Assembly: GCA_016927275.1 (NCBI GenBank)
Contig: JAFGMW010000116.1
Location: 1,456 to 65,455 of the forward strand
From: Pseudomonadota bacterium
GTDB lineage: Bacteria > UBA10199 > 2-02-FULL-44-16 > JAAZCA01
Length of the DNA stretch: 64,000 nucleotides
Direction: 5' to 3'
The notes under the pieces are model-generated. The model was given only the letters and a program-made list of their open reading frames with translations. It ran no database searches and was not told the origin of the DNA. Positions within the stretch are counted from its first letter, which is position 1. The number at the start of each line of letters is the position of its first letter. Below, in pieces: positions 28,377-37,140 of the stretch. The position numbers and the translations under genes were made by a program.

Positions 28377-28763
28377 TCAATTGGAACGGGTCTTGAGGAA
28401 TCGCTCGATCGCCTTGTGCGAGAGGGAGAAGAGGTTCGTGAACCGGATCCCGATGCCGGTCTCGGTTCCGCTCTCCTCCACGCGGGTTATGTTGCCGCGC
28501 ATGGCGACGTCGCGGTCCTTGTCTGAGAGGTCGAAGATCACCTCGATCGGCCTGTTGTTGGAGATGCACTGCTGATCCGCCCTGATGTACATGCCGCCGC
28601 AGCTTATGTTGAGGGCCGTGGCAGGGATGATCCGGCCCCTGTGCCTGAGTATCACCGGGAGCTCGATCCCCAATCTCTGATGGCGGCGTCTCTCTTCCAT
28701 TTGGCCCTCATTATCGGCGAAGGTATTTTTGGGTGCAACCGTTTTCACCCCATGTATCGGCAT
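28377..28763 (-). CDS. PilZ-domain (c-di-GMP-binding) protein
   Basis: RRxxxR motif (ERRRHQRL) and D/NxSxxG motif (NISCGGMYI) at the spacing characteristic of PilZ. 128 aa. Confidence 0.7.
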   Translation of the reverse strand: MPIHGVKTVAPKNTFADNEGQMEERRRHQRLGIELPVILRHRGRIIPATALNISCGGMYIRADQQCISNNRPIEVIFDLSDKDRDVAMRGNITRVEESGTETGIGIRFTNLFSLSHKAIERFLKTRSN

Positions 28764-28799
28764 GCCTCCAAATAAGTTGCGTGACTTCTTCGACCAGAA

Positions 28800-28857
28800 A
28801 CTATCAGCTTGTTACTGGTATTCTTTTACCAGAAACTATCAGCTTGTTTCTGGTAAT
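28800..28857. repeat. 27-nt palindromic element ACCAGAAACTATCAGCTTGTTTCTGGT with an adjacent degenerate copy, each followed by a T-rich tract
   Basis: The same 27-mer recurs at 35484-35510. 9-bp arms ACCAGAAAC/GTTTCTGGT with a 9-nt loop. On the plus strand it looks like an intrinsic terminator, though no plus-strand gene lies upstream. Confidence 0.6.
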
Positions 28858-28898
28858 TTGCGGTTGCAAAGGCTGTAAAAACCGATATTTACGGCACC

Positions 28899-29918
28899 AT
28901 GGGTGAAAGGGTAACGGTCATCGGCGCAGGCTCCTGGGGGACGGCCCTGGCGAAGTTGCTCGCTGAGAAGGGCCTCGATGTCGCGCTCTGGGCGCACGAG
29001 CCCGAGGTCGCGGAGGGGATAAACCGAAAGCGCCGAAACCCCCTCTATCTCGCAGAGGTGACGCTGCCCGAGGGCATCGCAGCCACCGACCGACTGGAGG
29101 GCGCTGTGGCAGGCGCCTCTGTGGTCGTCTCGGCGGTGCCCTCGCACGCGCTGCGCAGGATCTGGCAGGCCCTTGCCTCCGAGCTGCCGGATGACGCCCT
29201 GGTGGTAAGCTGCACCAAGGGCATCGAGGCGGAGGGACTGAAGCTCATGAGCCAGGTGCTCGCCGACTGCCTTCCGTCGCATCCGGCGAAAAACCGCGTG
29301 GTGCTCTCGGGCCCGTCGTTCGCCGCCGAGGTCGCGAGGGGCCTTCCCACCTCGGTGGTCGTCGCGGGGACCGACGCGGGCGTCACGGCGCGCGTCCAGG
29401 AGATCTTCCGCACGCACGCGTTCCTCACATTCACCGGCGACGACGTGATAGGCGTGGAGGTGGGCGGCGCGGTCAAGAACGTCATCGCCATCGCGGCCGG
29501 GGTCTCAGACGGACTCGCCCTCGGCCACAACACTCGCGCCGCGATCATCACGCGCGGCCTCTACGAGATGATAAAGATCGGGCAAGCGCTCGGCGCCAAT
29601 CCCATCACCTTCGCGGGGCTCTCCGGCATCGGAGACCTCGTGCTCACCTGCACCGCGAACCTCTCGCGCAACCACACCCTCGGCTTCGACCTCGGCCGGG
29701 GCAGGGCGCTTTCCGACCTCAGGCGCGGCATGCGCATGGCCGTGGAGGGGCTGCCCACCGCTGAGGCGGTCCACAGGCTCGCCGCGAAGCACGGCCTCAA
29801 CATCCCCATCTGCGACGCGATGTATCGAATCCTCTACGAGGGGCTGGAGCCGAGGATGGCGGTCGAGGAGCTCTGCAGCATGCCGCTCGCCCTCGAACTC
29901 GGCGCACTTTTACACTGA
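28899..29918 (+). CDS. gpsA: NAD(P)H-dependent glycerol-3-phosphate dehydrogenase
   Basis: N-terminal GAGSWGTALA Rossmann motif. Colinear with GpsA over 339 aa. Confidence 0.95.
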   Translation: MGERVTVIGAGSWGTALAKLLAEKGLDVALWAHEPEVAEGINRKRRNPLYLAEVTLPEGIAATDRLEGAVAGASVVVSAVPSHALRRIWQALASELPDDALVVSCTKGIEAEGLKLMSQVLADCLPSHPAKNRVVLSGPSFAAEVARGLPTSVVVAGTDAGVTARVQEIFRTHAFLTFTGDDVIGVEVGGAVKNVIAIAAGVSDGLALGHNTRAAIITRGLYEMIKIGQALGANPITFAGLSGIGDLVLTCTANLSRNHTLGFDLGRGRALSDLRRGMRMAVEGLPTAEAVHRLAAKHGLNIPICDAMYRILYEGLEPRMAVEELCSMPLALELGALLH

Positions 29919-29939
29919 GTGAGGCAGACGGAGCGGGAC

Positions 29940-30360
29940 GGGGTGCAGCGCTTCCGGCCCTTTCCTCGTCGACTGGCGCGCTCGCCTCGCTACTCGTCGC
30001 GAAAAGATCGCTGGTTTCCTGGCATTTTAGCCCATGCTGTCGGTACGAGTTAGGTGTCTTCCCCTGTCAGCCTCTAACTCGTGAAACCAGCGATCTTTTC
30101 GCATCCTCATACGCTCGGTCTCGCATCCCGAGCACTCAATGCCTTGAGTGCTCGGGAGGAGCGCCTTGATGTCTCCTCCGGAAAGGGCCGGAATCGCTGC
30201 CGAACGCATGAGAGGCTGAATAGTGCCGATTTGACGGAGCGGATCGGTGCGCTCTTCGCAGCGGGGCTCACGGAGGCCGGGTGCCGTAGCCTGTTATGAT
30301 CCGGCCGACGTGGCCCAGCGAGGAGCCGGCGCTTGAGGCGACGAGCGTAGCGAGAAGAGC
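29940..30360. repeat. ~420-nt non-coding region made of nested and serial perfect palindromes (structured RNA or MITE-like element)
   Basis: 20-bp perfect inverted repeat cgcgaaaagatcgctggtttc / gaaaccagcgatcttttcgc enclosing an inner cgagttag/ctaactcg hairpin. 13-bp hairpin cccgagcactcaa-tgcc-ttgagtgctcggg. Outer imperfect IR ctcgcctcgctactcgtcgc / gcgacgagcgtagcgag. IR gcgctcttcgc / gcgagaagagcgc. Confidence 0.55.
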
Positions 30361-30418
30361 GCACCGATCCGCTCTGTCTGCAGAGCTCTTTATGGCAAAT
30401 CGGCGCAGGGGATAAGAC

Positions 30419-30724
30419 GTGTTGACCGGGGGGCGGATTGGTTATAAAGGCGGGGGCATGGCGAAGAAGAAGGCCAGGGGGCGCAGGAAACCGGCGGGCG
30501 GTTTCGATCTCGAGTTCTCGATCGAGGAGGACGGCCTGCTCCGCGGGCTCATGGACTCCAAGGGCAAGAAGGTCGAGGTCATAGCCTTCGGCATCGTCTA
30601 CTCGGGGGTCTTGGAGAGCGTGGACCTCGACGGCGGCCAGATCGTGATCGCCGACGGAGAGGACCGCGCGATGATCGAGATCGAGCGCATAGAGTCGCTC
30701 ACCCCCCTCGAAAACTACCTATGA
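30419..30724 (+). CDS. small hypothetical protein (101 aa, or 88 aa from MAKKKARG)
   Basis: ORF with basic N-terminus. Its stop overlaps the next start (ATGA at 30721-30724). Confidence 0.35.
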   Translation: MLTGGRIGYKGGGMAKKKARGRRKPAGGFDLEFSIEEDGLLRGLMDSKGKKVEVIAFGIVYSGVLESVDLDGGQIVIADGEDRAMIEIERIESLTPLENYL

Positions 30725-31092
30725 AGCGGGCCGCGGCGGTCTCACTTGCACTGTTTGTCATCGCATCCTCTCTCTGCGCGCTGGCGGGGGAGCAAGGAGG
30801 GGCCGCATCCGCGCGGGCGGAGGAGTCGGGGTTCGCGATCATTATCCTCGGCACGCGCAGCGCGGCCGACGTGAGGGTCATCGAGAAGAACCTGCGCTCG
30901 CTCCCGTACGTATCGCTCATGGTGCCCACGGTCATGAGCCAGCAGCACCTCGAGTTCCAGGGCAGGATGAGCGCCTCCGACGAGGCCATGGTCGCGGACG
31001 TGGCAGGGCTTGCGCAGGACCGCTACGAAGTGAAGGCCCGCCGCGAGCACAGGCGGGGGCTGGTGATAACGCTGAGAAAAATCAAGGGATGA
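30721..31092 (+). CDS. small secreted hypothetical protein, 123 aa
   Basis: N-terminal signal peptide MKRAAAVSLALFVIASSLCALA. Translationally coupled to the preceding ORF. Confidence 0.4.
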   Translation: MKRAAAVSLALFVIASSLCALAGEQGGAASARAEESGFAIIILGTRSAADVRVIEKNLRSLPYVSLMVPTVMSQQHLEFQGRMSASDEAMVADVAGLAQDRYEVKARREHRRGLVITLRKIKG

Positions 31093-31160
31093 GAGGCTGA
31101 GAGGCTGAGAAGCTGAGAGGCTGAGAAGCTGAGAGGCTGAGAAGCTGAGAAGCTGAGAAG
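31088..31160. repeat. (GAGARGCT)9 octamer tandem repeat
   Basis: gagaggctgagaggctgagaagctgag... begins at the stop codon of the upstream small gene. Every unit contains TGA, so stops occur in all three frames. Confidence 0.7.
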
Positions 31161-31172
31161 CAAAGAAAAGGC

Positions 31173-31200
31173 CCTGCTGAGCAGGGCCTTGTTTTTTGCT
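31173..31200. terminator. bidirectional Rho-independent terminator between convergent genes
   Basis: aaaaggccctgc-tgag-cagggcctt-gttttttg: GC-rich 9-bp stem with an A-tract upstream and a T-tract downstream. Confidence 0.7.
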
Positions 31201-31210
31201 CCTCATCGGC

Positions 31211-33433
31211 TCACCATACTCCGCCCATGGTTAAAGTGAGCGCGGAGAAGGCGTCTCCAGGGCCGTATGCCCGCAGCAGCTCGTCGCCGATGTCGAAGAC
31301 GTATATCGCGGCGCCCATTTCGAGCAGACGGCTGCCGCTTCGGACAGCTGCGATGAGCAGTTCAGGCTGTCCGTCGTTGAACATGTCCCCTGGCGTGAAC
31401 ATGAGGGCGCCCAGCATCTGGTCGTTTTCGAACAGCTTTGGCGATGCGGCGCCTGTGAAGATCGCGTTGGCCTGTTCCGCGCCCCTGTCGTCCCATAATT
31501 TGCTCGATCCCATCCCTTCCTCGCCCAGGTAGAGGTAGACCTTTCCGCGGTAGATTCTGTAGATGTCGTCCCCGACCTCCACCGTAGCCGGGAGCATCAT
31601 CGGGGCGCCCACGACGAGATCTGCGCGGCCGTCGTTGTTGTAGTCGTCGGCGATGATGTTGAACATGTTGAATATTGCGTATCCGTCCCCGGTCCTCTCG
31701 GCTGAAATCTTCGCGTGCAGGTCCTCCTCCGCTTCGCTGAGCGGCACTAGCGAGAGGCTGGCCGGCCAGGGGCTGCGGCCTGACAATATGTGCACCTCGG
31801 CCGGGTCGTACTCCGGGAGTATCGCCTTTACAGGCACCGAGGGGTTGACCTCGTTGGTAATGCCCACGATCAGGTCGTCGAGCGCCATGGCCGTGTCCTC
31901 GCGGGCGTCGCCGTCGAGGTTCGCGATGAAGACGGTCTGGATCATGTCTGGATAGAGCCCGCTGCTGCCCACGGCGGTGATAACCGAATCGGGATTGTCG
32001 ATCACGCCGCCCTCGACGGTGCCCTTGAATATCTTCACCACGTTCTTCTCGAGCGAGCTGTCGTAGATGACGACCGCTATGTCGTTCAGCGGCTTGCCTG
32101 TCTCAGGGTTCATGTCGCCGTCGAGGTTGCCCCACCCGATCGACGGGTAGTAGGGGAATTGCATCAGTCCCAGGGGCAGGTCGAGGCCCTCGGTCCACTG
32201 CCGGTAAATCGCCTGCGACATGGGGAATCCCTGGATCGGTATCACCACGTCCGCGTCCGCCGTGGAGATCCTGCCGGCGAATTTGCCCGGCCCGCCGAAG
32301 AATATCGTTATGTAGGTGTAGTAAGAGAAAATCAGAGAGGAGCCGGCCTCAATCTTGCCGGCATCGAGGTCGGGCTGCTCCATGGTGGTCATGACAAACG
32401 GGAGATCGGCCTCGCCGTCGCCGTTGAAGTCGAAGACCCTGCCCTCGGGGCGGATGAGCGGGAACGCGATCACGAGGCTTGAGTCCAGCTCGCCGTCGTC
32501 GTCGTCATCTGCCACGAATTCAGCCACAGGGCCGGCGGCCGGGTCCTCGAAGTATAGATAGCTCCAGCGCGTGTCCTTGATCTCCGACCCGCCGGGATCC
32601 GGGACTGGAACCGGAACCCCACCCCCGCCTCCGGAAGTTTTCCCGACCGAGACCGCTTCCGCAGGGGGAGGTTTTACAGGTTTCGCGGTGAAGATGTCCT
32701 GGCAGGCGTCCGGAGTTCCCACGCGGCCAACCAGGTATTTCTGATAATCCACCTGCTGGAACTGAGGGATGGTGATGCTGAAGGCAGGGGAGCCGACTTT
32801 GCATCCCTCAGCGTCAAAGGGGTCCATGTAGAACCGCCCGGACTCCGCTCCAGTGAGCGCGATCTGCTCCAGCATGCCCATCAGGTCGATGATGTTGTCC
32901 TCTTCGGAAGGCGGTATGAGCGATTCTTCGCCTATTATGAAGCTCATTCCCATAAGGGCCAGGAGGAAGTCGGCGTTTTTGCCGTCCACGAGCGACATCG
33001 GATTGGGCGGAGAATCCACTGCATACTCGCCGTCCGGGACTGCGGCGCCGTCCGCGAACGCAAGCCCGCTCCAGGCCACCCTGTATCTTATGCTGTGCCT
33101 GGTCCTGCCGAAGAACTTCGCCCAGGTGCCGTCGCTTGCCATTATCATGCGGTTTATGGCGACCGGGATTCCGGTCAGATCCTCCGCGATGGAGAAATTG
33201 GAGGCGTCAACGGCCCTGGATGGCGAGGTCGTCAGCGATACAGGGGCGTCGAAGCGGAGTATGACGGCCTTTCCGTCGAACTCGGCGTACGTGCCGGCCG
33301 GGGTCGTGTCGTCGCCTCCGTCTCCGCCGCCGTTATCGGTATCGACCGAACCCAGCTCGCCGCCGCCGCAGGCAGCGAACAGCGTCAGGGCGAATGCCGC
33401 TCCGACCACGCAAGCGAGTCTTGATATCTTCAT
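31211..33433 (-). CDS. FG-GAP/integrin-alpha-like repeat lipoprotein
   Basis: Lipoprotein signal MKISRLACVVGAAFALTLFAAC. Repeated Ca-binding DxDxDG-type motifs (FNGDGEADL, NLDGDARED, NNDGRADLVVGAP). Confidence 0.7.
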   Translation of the reverse strand: MKISRLACVVGAAFALTLFAACGGGELGSVDTDNGGGDGGDDTTPAGTYAEFDGKAVILRFDAPVSLTTSPSRAVDASNFSIAEDLTGIPVAINRMIMASDGTWAKFFGRTRHSIRYRVAWSGLAFADGAAVPDGEYAVDSPPNPMSLVDGKNADFLLALMGMSFIIGEESLIPPSEEDNIIDLMGMLEQIALTGAESGRFYMDPFDAEGCKVGSPAFSITIPQFQQVDYQKYLVGRVGTPDACQDIFTAKPVKPPPAEAVSVGKTSGGGGGVPVPVPDPGGSEIKDTRWSYLYFEDPAAGPVAEFVADDDDDGELDSSLVIAFPLIRPEGRVFDFNGDGEADLPFVMTTMEQPDLDAGKIEAGSSLIFSYYTYITIFFGGPGKFAGRISTADADVVIPIQGFPMSQAIYRQWTEGLDLPLGLMQFPYYPSIGWGNLDGDMNPETGKPLNDIAVVIYDSSLEKNVVKIFKGTVEGGVIDNPDSVITAVGSSGLYPDMIQTVFIANLDGDAREDTAMALDDLIVGITNEVNPSVPVKAILPEYDPAEVHILSGRSPWPASLSLVPLSEAEEDLHAKISAERTGDGYAIFNMFNIIADDYNNDGRADLVVGAPMMLPATVEVGDDIYRIYRGKVYLYLGEEGMGSSKLWDDRGAEQANAIFTGAASPKLFENDQMLGALMFTPGDMFNDGQPELLIAAVRSGSRLLEMGAAIYVFDIGDELLRAYGPGDAFSALTLTMGGVW

Positions 33434-33478
33434 GACCGCCTCCTGTCCTCTCATCCAACCGTTCCGATTTCAAAAATC

Positions 33479-35305
33479 CTACTTCGTAGCGTCATAGACG
33501 ATATTGCCGAGCATCTTGAAGCCGCCCGTGCTCCCGGCTGATATCTCATCCACACTTGCTCCCGGGCCGCCGCCCAGTATTGCGAGGTAATATACGGTAC
33601 CCAAATCAGTTACGCTCAGCCAGACGCCTGTGTCGTCATATCCGTCGTTGTCGACGTCTCCCAATGAGGTTATATCTTCGCATGAGGCGCCGGTCAGCGC
33701 CTCGGCACAATCGACGGCCAGGCCCTGCGCATCGATCGCAGCGTCCCACTGCGCCCTGCCGCTGATGCCGACGATCCTGCTCGTCTGCTTACCGACGATC
33801 GGGTCATAATCCTGGATTAAAAGGATCACGTCCTCGAATCCGTCTTCGTCGATATAGCCGAGGTTTTCCGCCTTCAGTTCCGTTGCAGTGCCGAGCTTGA
33901 TATCCACGTCCACGTCGGCGGGCACTGCCATATCGGAGCGGACGCCCTTCTTGCCGAAGAATATGAGCGCCCCGCTTTCAGTGCTTGCCGGCGCCTTCGA
34001 GCTGCCTGCAACCTCGAGATAAGGGGTGATCAGATCATCTATCGTGTCTCCGTTGAGGTCCGCTGCGATCACGCCGGTCAGGGATAGACCGGTCTTAGCC
34101 GGGACATTGGTGATGGCAGGACCTGCGAGCGGATCGCCGGGAAGAGAGGCCGCGTCTGCGCCGAAATATCTGATCACGGTCTGAGTTATCTCATTCTCGA
34201 CTCCCATTTGATAGCAGGCGGACACGTCGCCAAACCCGTCTCCGTCAAGATCGCCCACCCCTATGGTCACAGATTTTGAGCAATTTCCGACAGCACCCGC
34301 CTCCATCCGGGCAGATACGGCATAGAGATTTTCATCGGTCGCCGGCTTTTCGCCCAGATCGGAGAAGAACGTGGCGTTCCCCAGGATAAGAGCGGAGACG
34401 GCGGTCGTGTCATCGATGGCAGCCTGGATGGCCAAGTCCTGATAGCCGTCGGCATTGAGATCGCCGGCTGTCTGGAACCCGATCACTTTGGGCAGGTCGC
34501 TGCCGATTATCGTCAGAGGGTCTGAGGCATCGTGTGAGAAGAGGTTGAGATAGCCGTCTACTCTGGCCCCCACTATGGCGCTGCCGTCATCCAGCCTGCC
34601 CAGCATCCTGAATATCTTTTGTATATCCAGAAGTTCGCTGGAATAATGCCAGAGGCCTTCCTCTTTGAGATTTATTTCTCTCAGGTTGACCATCATGTTC
34701 GCCGGGTTCGTAATAAGCCGCAGTATCTCCTGCTGGCTCAGCACGAGAAGAGTGGGCAGCGGGTTTCCCATCCCGTCCGTTACGAAACCGTCGTAGACAT
34801 GGATATCGGCCGTGTCGCCTTCGTCGCCGTCGAAGTTGAGCTGATTGAGGCCCACTCGGGCGACAGCCACGATTCTCTCAGCGATGTTTGTCCCGGCCTC
34901 CGATTTGGCGCCGGCGTCGAGTATGAGCGTGTATGCGTGGGAGTAGCGCGCAGGCCATTTCACGCTCACGCTCTTGTGATCAGGGGCCCATATATAGGAT
35001 TTGACGTCGATCTCATCCCCGTCATCCACCGCCTTGGAGATGCCGGCGCTCGCGGAGAAGTCCCCCTGCACGATGTACAGGTTGCCCTCCACGGACGCAG
35101 CATCCATGGGTTCTGAGAACTCCAGGGTCACGCCGTTGCGTGCGCTGGCAGAAGTCGCAAATTCGGCCGCAAGCGTGATCTCGGTGCCATCGCCCCCGCC
35201 TTCGTCTTCGGAGACCACCTCTCCGCTGTGGCATCCGGCCATCGGTATGATCAGCGCAAGGACGAGGCCGATCAGCCAAACACTGCTCAAGTATCTGGGA
35301 AACAT
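33479..35305 (-). CDS. FG-GAP repeat lipoprotein, paralogous to the preceding gene
   Basis: Signal peptide with lipobox (LALIIPMAGC) at the start chosen at MFPRYL, which has a GGAGGTG SD. Motifs DLNADGYQDL, GDLDGDGFGDV, DLNGDTIDDL, GDVDNDGYDDT. Confidence 0.7.
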   Translation of the reverse strand: MFPRYLSSVWLIGLVLALIIPMAGCHSGEVVSEDEGGGDGTEITLAAEFATSASARNGVTLEFSEPMDAASVEGNLYIVQGDFSASAGISKAVDDGDEIDVKSYIWAPDHKSVSVKWPARYSHAYTLILDAGAKSEAGTNIAERIVAVARVGLNQLNFDGDEGDTADIHVYDGFVTDGMGNPLPTLLVLSQQEILRLITNPANMMVNLREINLKEEGLWHYSSELLDIQKIFRMLGRLDDGSAIVGARVDGYLNLFSHDASDPLTIIGSDLPKVIGFQTAGDLNADGYQDLAIQAAIDDTTAVSALILGNATFFSDLGEKPATDENLYAVSARMEAGAVGNCSKSVTIGVGDLDGDGFGDVSACYQMGVENEITQTVIRYFGADAASLPGDPLAGPAITNVPAKTGLSLTGVIAADLNGDTIDDLITPYLEVAGSSKAPASTESGALIFFGKKGVRSDMAVPADVDVDIKLGTATELKAENLGYIDEDGFEDVILLIQDYDPIVGKQTSRIVGISGRAQWDAAIDAQGLAVDCAEALTGASCEDITSLGDVDNDGYDDTGVWLSVTDLGTVYYLAILGGGPGASVDEISAGSTGGFKMLGNIVYDATK

Positions 35306-35483
35306 ATCCACCTCCCTGTGCCAGGGGCAGTTTCCATCAATATTGATTAACAGCATAAAGCGTGCCATCCCCTGTATCGGGAGCTGCCTTTCAAGTTATT
35401 GTAAATAATATGGTTTAAAGCTCAGGCAATAAGGGGCATGGATCAAAAGGGTAAAAACATACCGGCTTGTGTCAGGAATCCGA

Positions 35484-35510
35484 CATGCAGTCGACTACCA
35501 GAAACTATCA
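35484..35510. repeat. second copy of the 27-nt palindrome ACCAGAAACTATCAGCTTGTTTCTGGT
   Basis: Identical to the copy at 28831-28857. Followed by ttattggtttgtatttg (T-rich). Lies between the cstA stop and the start of FG-GAP lipoprotein 2. Confidence 0.6.
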
Positions 35511-35522
35511 GCTTGTTTCTGG

Positions 35523-37136
35523 TTATTGGTTTGTATTTGCGCGTCGGACGGAGCGGATCGATTCCCACACCAGCGTGACAGCGAGCGCGAGCAGCGCTGC
35601 GCTGATTGAGGCCAGCGCGAAGTTGCCGGCAGAGAGGTCCTTGTGGATGATCACACCGAGCGCCGAGAGGGTGATGGCGAACATCGCGAACATGGGGATC
35701 CTGAGGAACGCGCTCTTTCCGCCCGCCCTCTTGAGCCAGATGGAGACGGCGAGGAGGGCGATGGCGGCGAGCAGCTGGTTCGCCGCCCCGAAGATGGGCC
35801 AAATCATCTTCCACTTGCCCGAATAAGCCAGGGCGCCCGCTGCGGCCACGGTGAGGATGGTGGCCACGTAGCGGTTGCCCGAGACGATGTTGTGCGCAGC
35901 GCCCTTGCGCGGGGCGAAGAGCTCCTGCAGGGCGAAGCGGCCGAGCCTCGTGGCGGTGTCTAGCGTGGTGAGCACGAACGCGGAGACCGCCAGCGCTGCG
36001 AACTCCGCGCCGCGCGCCTGCGGCACGCCCAGCGCCCCAAGCATCGCGCCGATGCCGTCGGAGAAGATCGCGACCGGGCCCGCGGCGGAGATCCGATCGA
36101 GATAGTCCGCCCGTCCCATGCGCATCACCACGATCAGCGCGATCAAGGCGAGCAGCGACTCCAGGAGCATGGCGCCGTATCCTACGGGCCTCGCCTCCGA
36201 TTCGCGGTCGAGCTGCTTTGCGGTGGTGCCCGACGCCACTATCGAGTGGAAGCCCGATATCGCGCCGCAGGCGACGGTGACGAAGAGTATGGGGAAGAGG
36301 GCGCCGAGCTTCGGGTCGAACCACGCGACGTACGCCGGATAGCTCGCCACGCCCCCTGCCGCAAGGACCCCGACCGCTCCGGCGGCGATCAGCGCGTACA
36401 GGAGGAACGAGTTGAGGAAGTCGCGGGGCTGCAAAAGGAGCCACACGGGCAGCACTGCGGCCAGCACAATGTAGGCGATGAGCAGCGATATCCACGTGCG
36501 CTCCGCGAGCGCGAGCGGCCAGGCCCAGCCGGCGGCCATGCACGCGGCGAGCACCGCGACTCCGGCGACCGTGGCGACGCCGAGCGGCAGGCGGAACCTG
36601 TAGATCGCCAGCCCGAAGGCGCAGGCGAGTCCGATGAAGAGAGTCGACGCCGTGGAGGCGGACGGGGCAGACTCGAAGGTCTTGGAGACCACGACGAGGA
36701 AGACCGCCATGAGCAGCACGAGCGTCGCCCACAGGAAGAAGAGGAAGATCCTGCTGCCGAAGCGGCCCACGTAGCGACCGATGATCTCGCCTATGGAGAG
36801 CCCCCTGTGGTGCACGCTCGCCACGAGCGCCGCGAAGTCGTGGACCGATCCCAGGAATATACCGCCGAGGACTATCCAGAGGAGCACCGGCAGCCAGCCG
36901 TAGGTTGCCGCCACTATTGGGCCGACTATGGGAGCGGCGCCGGCGATGGATGCGAAGTGGTGGCCGAAGAGGACCGGCGCCTTCGCCGGGCAGTAATCCA
37001 CGTCGTCGCGCATGGTGTGCGCGGGGGTCGGCCGGTGCGGCTGCACTCCAAGTCGGCGCGAGATCCACGGGCTGTGGTATCTATAGGCGAGCGCGAAGAG
37101 GGCGACGCTCGCGCCGAGTATGATCGCGGTGTTCAT
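35523..37136 (-). CDS. cstA: carbon starvation protein A
   Basis: Colinear with CstA (peptide/pyruvate transporter family) over 537 aa. Many TM segments and conserved N-terminal blocks (VLFGHHFASIAGAAPIVGP). Confidence 0.9.
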   Translation of the reverse strand: MNTAIILGASVALFALAYRYHSPWISRRLGVQPHRPTPAHTMRDDVDYCPAKAPVLFGHHFASIAGAAPIVGPIVAATYGWLPVLLWIVLGGIFLGSVHDFAALVASVHHRGLSIGEIIGRYVGRFGSRIFLFFLWATLVLLMAVFLVVVSKTFESAPSASTASTLFIGLACAFGLAIYRFRLPLGVATVAGVAVLAACMAAGWAWPLALAERTWISLLIAYIVLAAVLPVWLLLQPRDFLNSFLLYALIAAGAVGVLAAGGVASYPAYVAWFDPKLGALFPILFVTVACGAISGFHSIVASGTTAKQLDRESEARPVGYGAMLLESLLALIALIVVMRMGRADYLDRISAAGPVAIFSDGIGAMLGALGVPQARGAEFAALAVSAFVLTTLDTATRLGRFALQELFAPRKGAAHNIVSGNRYVATILTVAAAGALAYSGKWKMIWPIFGAANQLLAAIALLAVSIWLKRAGGKSAFLRIPMFAMFAITLSALGVIIHKDLSAGNFALASISAALLALAVTLVWESIRSVRRANTNQ

Positions 37137-37140
37137 AATG

